From contig NZ_JAOVZF010000146.1 of assembly GCF_026337845.1 (NCBI RefSeq), forward strand, positions 121,015 to 185,014: a stretch of DNA of 64,000 bases. Reading direction: 5' to 3'. The position numbers and the translations under genes were made by a program. This document shows, piece after piece, positions 57,501 through 64,000 of the stretch. Below the pieces are notes generated by a model, which did no database searches, was not told where the DNA came from, and worked only from the letters and a program-made list of their open reading frames with translations. Each line of letters begins with the position of its first letter. The stretch's first letter is position 1. The DNA comes from Paraliomyxa miuraensis. Lineage in GTDB: Bacteria > Myxococcota_A > Polyangia > Nannocystales > Nannocystaceae.

Positions 57501-57657
57501 CGGTGACGTCAACCCGATCCCCGGCGGCACCATGGACGACCTGGACAACCTGAACGACATCTACGGGGATCCGGTCGTCAAGAACCCCAACTTCGGCAAG
57601 CCGATCGCCTACCAGCGCCCGCGGACCTTCCGCTTCGGCCTCCGCTTCGAGTTCTAG
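54505..57657 (+). CDS. Oar-like TonB-dependent outer-membrane receptor, copy 2 (1050 aa, ~80% identical to copy 1)
   Basis: Same architecture and C-terminal FRFGLRFEF. Nucleotide identity extends across the start codon and leader. Confidence 0.8.
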   Translation: MRTKAWIWAMGALAAQAAVVQTAKADQGDAVIIGVVKDAASGDPIAEASVSVTSENLQGEQAVVTDSSGIFRLPNLPPGEYTIEIVRDGYEVVSRAGVLLQANATVRIDTRLRPVDTATTRTLVVPSPTVDVGSTSTGMNISTEFSRRVPVAQPAGKGGANRSFEAVAEATPGARNDLYGTSVAGTTSPENNFVVDGISVNDPAFGINGTALSVEFLTQVDVESGGFMPEYGRATGGILNAVTKSGGNELHGSVWGFYTPGQLEGRRKIVEREGSAVIAEPSLGWIGDAGFDIGGPIIKDRLWFYGGFQAARSVYNLDTSWYRTLVDPDTAEVLTDDVTGFALTERIPGTFVHRKAQSTSIQVVGKLTFRANKNHSFDLLGIYIPTLSGGNGTYGLDARTGLPEVATGLGHYESLAHSYRDDAGDLNFKWSATTNDKKWIFDTMVGWHHQRASRMPSDGSRLGDTTGLAAIPGVIYRRNNPGPHSILDFEDLPSGAPDDACAPVTVPDPTDPTLEIVTETCPVTGYSINGPGFLYDRQLERVQGRHMITHWAQGAGHHLIKGGIDVDYMQYTNLRGYSGGVLYRESTSGTTFSDYRQQGFLIGPDDAVVLRSLQWTTFSVTSGAFLQDSWNIMDKVTLNAGLRYDSQFLFGNDKNLALALPNQLSPRVGLIWDPTYEGRAKIFGNYARFYQSVPLDIADRSGSGDPGLASIHPASACDPSDPDQATGACREDAARLPIGGPADNDQLWIAFGAGKTPVDPNLKPQSSDELVFGGEYEIFQNGRLGMSYTRRWLNRVIEDMSRDEAYTYFVGNPGYGIATDFPKAQRKYDAIILYLHKRFADHWLLDASYTVSWLRGNIAGLFRPESGQLDPNINSDFDLISLLDNRFGPLPGDHRHDIKLFTAGEIPIGDKDFIMAGGAVRTRSGGPTNVMASHYLYGSQESFILPRGSGERLPWNFSVDTNLGYRHQFNKDLALTVSMDVFNVLNLQQVIAVDETYTTGDVNPIPGGTMDDLDNLNDIYGDPVVKNPNFGKPIAYQRPRTFRFGLRFEF

Positions 57658-57675
57658 CATTGGGAGCAAGCCGAC

Positions 57676-58422
57676 ATGACCTTCGACAAGAACCTCGCCC
57701 TGGTCTGCCCTGCTCTGCTGCTGGGCGTGCTCGCCACGACCGGCTGCAAGCAGCCGCCCCTCAACTGCACCACTGCTCACGGGTACTTCGCTGCCAAGTA
57801 CGAGCTGGAGAGCGGTGATGCCAGCAGCCCGTGTGGCTCGTTGCTCGGCGACGAGCTCGGGCTCAACACCTACTTTGCCGACGCGGGCATGCGCCCCGAC
57901 CTCGACAAGGGCTCGGTGGCCATCCGTCCGCTGTACCTCAACAACTATGTGTTCCGCGCCCTCGACGACGGCGTGGACCTGACGATGGACGACAACACCC
58001 AGGCCGTGGGTGACTTCACCGCCGCGCTGCCCGACTCCAATGAGTTCTGCGAGGTCCCGAGCACCAACAGGACCACGCTTGCGATCCCCGAGGTGGCCGC
58101 GATCGAGGACGATCCCGAGACGCCCGACGAGGACGAGAGCGTCCCGGCCCAGCCGGCGACCACCATCAGCTACGAGTGGAGCAACGTCAACATCCTGGTC
58201 AACGCCGATGCTCAGGGCACCCAGATGTCGGCCGAGCTCGACTTCGAGCAGGATGGCTGCCGGGCCTCGTACCACGTGACTGGGGTGTTCCCCGTGGTCT
58301 ACTGCGAGACCAACGAGGACTGCGACGACGACCTCAACGGCATCAACCCCAACTTCGCCACCGAGTGCCTGACCGAGCTGGGCATGTGCGTGCTGTCGGA
58401 AGAGCCGCCGTCCTACCAATAG
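57676..58422 (+). CDS. lipoprotein, hypothetical (paralogue of 52077..52841)
   Basis: Signal plus lipobox (LGVLATTGC). Conserved ...YHV...CxTxEDC... C-terminus. Confidence 0.55.
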   Translation: MTFDKNLALVCPALLLGVLATTGCKQPPLNCTTAHGYFAAKYELESGDASSPCGSLLGDELGLNTYFADAGMRPDLDKGSVAIRPLYLNNYVFRALDDGVDLTMDDNTQAVGDFTAALPDSNEFCEVPSTNRTTLAIPEVAAIEDDPETPDEDESVPAQPATTISYEWSNVNILVNADAQGTQMSAELDFEQDGCRASYHVTGVFPVVYCETNEDCDDDLNGINPNFATECLTELGMCVLSEEPPSYQ

Positions 58423-58446
58423 GCCGCCACCACCACGAGGATCGCC

Positions 58447-59211
<765 letters not shown>

Positions 59212-59231
59212 GCTTCGCGCTCCGCTTCAGG

Positions 59232-60284
59232 TCAGGGGTACTTCTCGGGTCGACGGGTGCGCCCCGCGAGCACATCGTCGATCATGCGAGCGAGCGCGGC
59301 AGTGATGGGGTCATCGGGCTCCATCGCGCGGGCTCGATCGACCTGCTGCTTGGCCTCGGGCATGTCATCGGCGATCATCAGCGCCAGCGCGAGGTTCGAG
59401 CGCAGGCTCGCATCGTTGGGGTTGCGCTCGCAGTTGCGGCGGGCGAGGGCGACCGCTTCCTCGCCGCGGCCCAGCGCAAGGCACTGGCCCGAGTACTCCC
59501 GTACGACGTCGGAATGCTCGGCGTTGTCGTGGTAGGCCTCGCGGAATGCCTCGTACGCTCCTTGGGCGTCGCGGGCCGATCGTCGAGCCATCCCGAGGTA
59601 GAACCAGATCCGCCACGCACCGCGCGTGGTCCCGGTCAGGCCCTCGAGCGCGGCTATGCCCTTGCGGAGGCGACGACGCTCGAGCAGGCCCAGTCGCTTG
59701 GGAATCCCATCCCAGGCGAGCAGGGGTTCGATCGATTCCACCGCGCGTAGGAATCGCTGCCCGACGTCTTCGGGAAGCGCCGCGTCCTCGGTGGTACGCC
59801 CTCGGTACACTTCCTGGTCGGTCTGACGGTCGCGATAGACCTCGATGTTGCCCTCGCGACGGAGGAACTCGAAGCGCTCGGCGGCCTCCTCGGCGCCGAG
59901 GTCGAAGATCCGAGCCTCCGGTCGATACGAGAACGGAACGACCAGCGGCTCCGGGTTCGCGCCCCGCAGCCAGGCCGCTTGCACTCCCGCGTAGTGCCCC
60001 AGCTCGATCCACGGGCACGTGTGCTGCCATGGCTCGGTCGGAGAGAGGATGGCGACCTCGCGGTAGGTGCCGCCCTCTTCCCCCCGCAGCCCCAGCGCCT
60101 CGAGCTGCCGAAGGAACTCCGTGGCGTCGCGCCCGTGCATGAATCCGATCCGGCACAGGTGTGGCCCGACACACGCGGTTTGATTGGGAGCCAGACGGAA
60201 CCATCCGTCCACGTCCCCCTCGAGCCGATCTTCGACCGCGGTGCGGCGCGCCACCACGTTCCAGGCTTCGAGCAAGACCGCCAT
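59232..60284 (-). CDS. hypothetical protein with C-terminal TPR-like helical region (350 aa)
   Basis: Protein-like composition. Helical-repeat C-terminus (…AYEAFREAYHDNAEHSDVVREYSGQCLALGRGEEAVALARRNCERNPND…). Confidence 0.5.
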   Translation of the reverse strand: MAVLLEAWNVVARRTAVEDRLEGDVDGWFRLAPNQTACVGPHLCRIGFMHGRDATEFLRQLEALGLRGEEGGTYREVAILSPTEPWQHTCPWIELGHYAGVQAAWLRGANPEPLVVPFSYRPEARIFDLGAEEAAERFEFLRREGNIEVYRDRQTDQEVYRGRTTEDAALPEDVGQRFLRAVESIEPLLAWDGIPKRLGLLERRRLRKGIAALEGLTGTTRGAWRIWFYLGMARRSARDAQGAYEAFREAYHDNAEHSDVVREYSGQCLALGRGEEAVALARRNCERNPNDASLRSNLALALMIADDMPEAKQQVDRARAMEPDDPITAALARMIDDVLAGRTRRPEKYP

Positions 60285-60292
60285 CGTCGTCC

Positions 60293-60520
60293 CTACTCGA
60301 ACACGATCTGGAGATCACAGCCGGCGAGCTGCAAGCGAACGTTGTGCTCGTCCTCTCCGACCTTGCTCATCACCGCGCCTCCGGGGCGGATCTCCTTGAT
60401 GCGTCGGCCAGCCGTCAGCTGGCGGTTGACCTCTTCGATCCCGAAGAAGGCAATCCCGCGACCGGGCTCGATGCGGATTCCCACCGTGTGCTCCGTGTCG
60501 TTGGCCATTCCACTCCCCAC
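60293..60520 (-). CDS. small hypothetical protein (75 aa)
   Basis: Short ORF directly downstream of the Grx-rhodanese gene on the same strand. No recognisable family. Confidence 0.3.
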   Translation of the reverse strand: MGSGMANDTEHTVGIRIEPGRGIAFFGIEEVNRQLTAGRRIKEIRPGGAVMSKVGEDEHNVRLQLAGCDLQIVFE

Positions 60521-60560
60521 CGCACCTGGTTGCCCGTCCCCACCGCACCTGGTTGCCCGC

Positions 60561-61499
60561 TCAGTACCGCGGCACGTCCGAGTCGACGCCCTGTGACCAC
60601 GCGTCGATCCCCCCGCTCATGTTCCACAGCTTGCGGAACCCCTGCTGCGCAAAGTGCTGGGCCGCCTGGAAGCTGCGCATGCCGTGGTGGCAGTAGAACA
60701 CCAGCTTGGTGTCCTTGGGCAGCGCCATCAGCTCGTCGATGTTGTCGCCCGTGACCAGCGTGCTGCCCTCGATGTGGGCCGTGTTGCGCTCGGCCGGGGT
60801 GCGCACGTCGAGCAGGCGCATGGGCTCGCCCGCGTCCAGCCAGGCCTTGACCTCGGCTGGCGAGGCCTGCTCGACCTTGACCGGTGCGTTGGGGTTGTCG
60901 AGCTTGAAGCCGGCCTGCGGCTGCTCGACGTAGTCGATCACCAGCCCCGCGGCACGGCGCGCGCTGGCTGGATCGAACACGAGCTTGATGCCGTTGGTGA
61001 TCACGGCCACGTCGTGCTCCTGGCTGGGCCCGAGCGAGAGGTCGTGGCGGAAGGCGGCATCGATCGTGACCCGTAGGTCGTCGTCGCGGTCGCCCTCGGC
61101 CGAGGCCTGGCGGAACACGGCCGCGGCCGCGTCGGTCACGGTGACCGCGGGCGGCTCGATCTTGGCCACCGTGCTGCCGAGGGCCTTGAGCAGCTCGCCC
61201 TCGGCGTCCATCTGGCGCACGATGTCGCAGCCGCCGAGGAACTCCCCGCGCACGTAGAGCTGCGGGATGGTGGGCCAGTCGCTGAACTTCTTGATGCCCT
61301 CGCGGATGGCGTGATTGGCCAGCACGTCGATGGTGGTGTACTCGGGCACGTAGCGGTCGAGGATCTCGACCACGGTGGCCGAGAACCCGCACTGCGGCGC
61401 GCCGCGGCTGCCCTTCATGAACAACACCACCTGGTCGGACGCAACCAGCTTGGCGAGCTCGTCTTGAGTGGCTTGGTCGTGTCCAGGGATCTCGTTCAT
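60561..61499 (-). CDS. monothiol (CGFS) glutaredoxin fused to a middle domain and a C-terminal rhodanese domain (312 aa from MNEIPG; track start 61535)
   Basis: Grx4-type active site SRGAPQCGFSATVV with WPTIPQLYVRGEFLGGCDI. C-terminal rhodanese with catalytic Cys loop FYCHHGMRS. Confidence 0.7.
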   Translation of the reverse strand: MNEIPGHDQATQDELAKLVASDQVVLFMKGSRGAPQCGFSATVVEILDRYVPEYTTIDVLANHAIREGIKKFSDWPTIPQLYVRGEFLGGCDIVRQMDAEGELLKALGSTVAKIEPPAVTVTDAAAAVFRQASAEGDRDDDLRVTIDAAFRHDLSLGPSQEHDVAVITNGIKLVFDPASARRAAGLVIDYVEQPQAGFKLDNPNAPVKVEQASPAEVKAWLDAGEPMRLLDVRTPAERNTAHIEGSTLVTGDNIDELMALPKDTKLVFYCHHGMRSFQAAQHFAQQGFRKLWNMSGGIDAWSQGVDSDVPRY

Positions 61500-61574
61500 C
61501 GAGCCGGATGGTACTGCGGCCCGTCCTGCATGCAAGCGAGGAGCGGCCGAAGCTGCTACGTTCGTCGGGTACCC

Positions 61575-61793
61575 ATGCCCACCCCCGTGCTCGTGCTGCT
61601 GGTCGTGCTCGCCGTCGCGGGCGGTCTCTACGTCGGATACGCGGCCAGCCGCTCCCGCGAGGCGGTCGAGGGCAAGGCGGCCCCCAAGAGCCTCGGGGCG
61701 CGTGCGCGTGACGCGGCGGGGCGCGGCGTGGTGGAGCTGTGGCGGTGGAATCGGGCCCGGAAGAAGAAGGCGCGCGAGCGCGAGCCGCGTTAG
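61575..61793 (+). CDS. small membrane protein, hypothetical (72 aa)
   Basis: ATG-initiated hydrophobic helix MPTPVLVLLVVLAVAGGLYVGYAA followed by a basic tail. Low confidence. Confidence 0.3.
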   Translation: MPTPVLVLLVVLAVAGGLYVGYAASRSREAVEGKAAPKSLGARARDAAGRGVVELWRWNRARKKKAREREPR

Positions 61794-61814
61794 GCGCTAC
61801 TCTCGGCCCCCGTC

Positions 61815-62696
61815 ATGAAGACCAAGCTCCTCGCCGTGCTGCGCGACAACGAGCTCGCGCGCGATGGTCTCGTCTTCCTGCTGCTCGTGGTCGTGGTCCT
61901 CGTCCTGCGGAGCGCGGTGTTGCGGGCCATCGGCCGCTCCAAGCTCGATGTGGACGACCAGCTGCGCTGGCGCACCCAGGTCCGCAACATTGCGATCATC
62001 GTGCTCGGGCTCGGCGCGGTGGTGGTGTGGGCCAAGGAGCTGCACACCGCCGCGATCTCGGTGGCGGCCGTGGCGGCGGCGCTGGTGCTCGCCACCAAGG
62101 AATTCATCATGTGCCTCATGGGCAGCACGCTGCGGGCCAGCGGCGGCGGCTTTCGGGTGGGCGATCGCATCGAGGTGGCGGGCGTTCGCGGTGACGTGCT
62201 CGACATCGGACCGCTCACGACCGCGGTGCTCGAGGTGGGTCCCGGGCAGTCGATCCACCAGCGCACGGGTCGCAAGATCACCCTGCCCAACAGCGTGTTC
62301 CTGACCCACCCGGTCACCAACGAGACGATGTCCGACGAGTTCGTGCTGCACGTGCTGCGGGTGCCCCTGACCGCCGACGCCGACTGGCGCACGGCCCGGG
62401 ACAAGCTGGCCTCGATCGCGACCGAGCGATGTGCGCGATACGTCGACGATGCCCGCCGTGCCCTGGCCAAGGCCTCGCCGGGCGGGGTCAAGACCCATCT
62501 CATCAGCACCGAGCCGGCCGTGTACCTCGAGGTGCCCGAGCCCAACCGCGTGGAGCTGCTGCTGCGCTTTCCCGCGCCGGCCCGGCAGCGCGGGCGCGTG
62601 GCGCAGCAGATCCTCCGGCGCTTCCTCGACGATCCCGCGGTCGACGACGACGAGCCATCCGATGGCCCACCACCCGTGTCCGGCTCCCACGCCTGA
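61815..62696 (+). CDS. MscS-family small-conductance mechanosensitive channel (293 aa)
   Basis: Three N-terminal TM helices, then the MscS beta-domain signature FRVGDRIEVAGVRGDVLDIGPLTTAVLE...GRKITLPNSVFL. Confidence 0.75.
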   Translation: MKTKLLAVLRDNELARDGLVFLLLVVVVLVLRSAVLRAIGRSKLDVDDQLRWRTQVRNIAIIVLGLGAVVVWAKELHTAAISVAAVAAALVLATKEFIMCLMGSTLRASGGGFRVGDRIEVAGVRGDVLDIGPLTTAVLEVGPGQSIHQRTGRKITLPNSVFLTHPVTNETMSDEFVLHVLRVPLTADADWRTARDKLASIATERCARYVDDARRALAKASPGGVKTHLISTEPAVYLEVPEPNRVELLLRFPAPARQRGRVAQQILRRFLDDPAVDDDEPSDGPPPVSGSHA

Positions 62697-62719
62697 GCTC
62701 GGTCTGCCATGCTGTCCGC

Positions 62720-63370
62720 GTGACGCCGACGCCGAACCGACGCACATGTGCGAGCCCTTGGCTCGCGGCCGTGCTCGTCGTCGGAGGCTGCACGTCCGAC
62801 GGCGTTGCCGCCACCGACGGGGGATCCGAGTCCACGGCGGGCGGCTCGACGAGCGCATCGACGACGACCGCCGAGCCCGAGCCCGAGCCCGAGCTCACGG
62901 GCGAGCCGGACGACCACGACCCCTGGCTGTGCCCCACCGAGCAGGCACCCGATCCCCGGTTCGTACTCGGCTGGGACTACAAGGACGGCTGGATCGATCT
63001 CGAGCGCGAAGGACCCATCACCATCACCGTGGGAGGGCAGGGGGCCTGGATGGTCCCGCTGGGCGTGCGTGCCGAGGGCTTTTGCGTGCCGGCCGATCCC
63101 TACGCCTACGACCTGGTCCCCACGCTCGACGTCCGCATCGAGGCCGAGGGCCACGCAAGTCCCGTCGCCGCCGTGGTCGGCTTTCCGGTGTCGTTCCAGC
63201 CGCGCCGCGAAGGAGGCTTCCACTACACCTTCATTCCGATGATCATCGCCGACGAGCTCGACCCGTACGAGCTGCACGGCGTGCCCGCGACCATCACCGC
63301 CGAGCTGCGGCCGCGCGACGTGATGCCGCTTTCGTGGCAGCTCGACGGCGTGCTGGTGATGTCCGACTGA
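62720..63370 (+). CDS. lipoprotein, hypothetical (GTG start inferred)
   Basis: Lipobox WLAAVLVVGGC, T/S/G linker, globular domain. The first 97 codons of track ORF 62429..63370 are Arg/Pro junk overlapping the mscS end. Confidence 0.4.
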   Translation: MTPTPNRRTCASPWLAAVLVVGGCTSDGVAATDGGSESTAGGSTSASTTTAEPEPEPELTGEPDDHDPWLCPTEQAPDPRFVLGWDYKDGWIDLEREGPITITVGGQGAWMVPLGVRAEGFCVPADPYAYDLVPTLDVRIEAEGHASPVAAVVGFPVSFQPRREGGFHYTFIPMIIADELDPYELHGVPATITAELRPRDVMPLSWQLDGVLVMSD

Positions 63371-63417
63371 CCACGCACGTCGCCGCATGGTGGCCGCATG
63401 GTGTATGCTCCCCAGCG

Positions 63418-64000
63418 GTGCCCGCCCCGCGAAACGGCGGCCGCTCCTCGACCCACGGCGCGCGGCGCAAGGCCATCCTGGGCAGCGCTCGCCGGTCGCG
63501 TTCGGCCGCCAAGGCCTTCCCCTGGGAGGATCTCCCCGCCGACGAGCTGCTGCAGGTGCGGCTGTGCGACCTCAAGCTCCGTCTCGAGGGCACGTGGCTG
63601 CACGTGCTCGTCCAGCGCGTGCAGGGCGAGCTGCACGCCCAAGGCCTCGTGCTGCGGCCGCACTTCTGGCTCTCGGACGAGTGGGCGTCTCCCGACGGCA
63701 TCCCCGGGGTCGCGATCCCCTTCTACCTGGCACACCCGCGGCTGGCCGCGCTCGAGCGCGCCCAGATGTACGAGGTGGAGGGCGGCAACCGGCGCGAGTG
63801 CGTTCGCCTGCTGCGTCACGAGGTGGGCCATGCCATGCAGCACGGCTACGCCCTGCACCGCCGGCGCCGCTGGCAGCGGCTGTTCGGTCCGTCCTCGCAG
63901 CCCTATCCCGACTACTACCGTCCTCGCCCCGGCAGCCGCCGCTTCGTGCAGCACCTCGAGGGCTGGTATGCCCAGTCGCACCCCGCCGAGGACTTTGCCG
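63418..64000 (+). CDS. HExxH-motif putative zinc-dependent peptidase, N-terminal part (runs off window end; start approximate)
   Basis: Frame reads ...KAFPWEDLPADELLQVRLCDLKLRLEGTWLHVLVQRVQGELHAQGLVLRPHFWLSDEWASPDGIPGVAIPFYLAHPRL...RECVRLLRHEVGHAMQHGYAL.... Protein-like, with HEVGH. The other two frames are Arg/Ala junk. Confidence 0.5.
   Translation, partial: MPAPRNGGRSSTHGARRKAILGSARRSRSAAKAFPWEDLPADELLQVRLCDLKLRLEGTWLHVLVQRVQGELHAQGLVLRPHFWLSDEWASPDGIPGVAIPFYLAHPRLAALERAQMYEVEGGNRRECVRLLRHEVGHAMQHGYALHRRRRWQRLFGPSSQPYPDYYRPRPGSRRFVQHLEGWYAQSHPAEDFA

Noticed and set aside
63223-63981. Minus-strand 252-aa ORF at the window end
   Set aside because: Antisense to the protein-like plus-strand frame containing HEVGH. 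Arg/Ala-rich.

Overview
This is a high-GC (~70%), gene-dense bacterial chromosomal window. It is most consistent with a myxobacterium (Myxococcota): several eukaryotic-like Ser/Thr kinases, Oar-type TonB-dependent outer-membrane receptors, lipoproteins with D/T/G-rich linkers, an ECF sigma factor and a major-vault-protein homologue. About 50 coding genes lie on both strands. Most very long antisense ORFs in the six-frame track are GC-driven artefacts. No rRNA, tRNA or CRISPR arrays were recognised by eye. Housekeeping and ordinary genes include an RluA-family pseudouridine synthase (partial), TsaA, MepA-like endopeptidase, a vWA protein, RtcB, glycosyltransferases GT1 and GT39, a SWIM-SNF2 helicase, MscS and a CGFS-glutaredoxin-rhodanese fusion. 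The most interesting stretch runs from ~18.5 to 30.6 kb. A short, locally AT-richer gene encodes a 93-aa peptide with a double-glycine leader (…LEHLEKVTGG) followed by eight tandem heptads (AYD[A/P]CNA), so it carries 8 Cys and 9 Tyr. Beside it sit a putative ferritin-like di-iron protein (two D-E-x-x-H motifs), a GNAT acetyltransferase and two SAM methyltransferases. The same stretch holds an HlyD / C39-peptidase ABC / second ABC export cassette of the type associated with double-glycine-leader RiPP and bacteriocin precursors, and two tandem PilT-like ATPases. I interpret this as a candidate, apparently undescribed, repeat-core RiPP/bacteriocin locus. Other notable items are a Septu-like PtuA/PtuB anti-phage pair preceded by a G-rich degenerate repeat, a bacterial MVP homologue, a TerB-like::P450 fusion overlapping mepA, a tandemly duplicated Oar-like three-gene module, an ECF sigma with a fused membrane-spanning C-terminal extension, and a frameshifted GT2 pseudogene next to an orphan rtcB. 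Coordinates for internal starts were derived from codon offsets within the supplied ORF track. Start codons are uncertain by one alternative in several genes, as noted.
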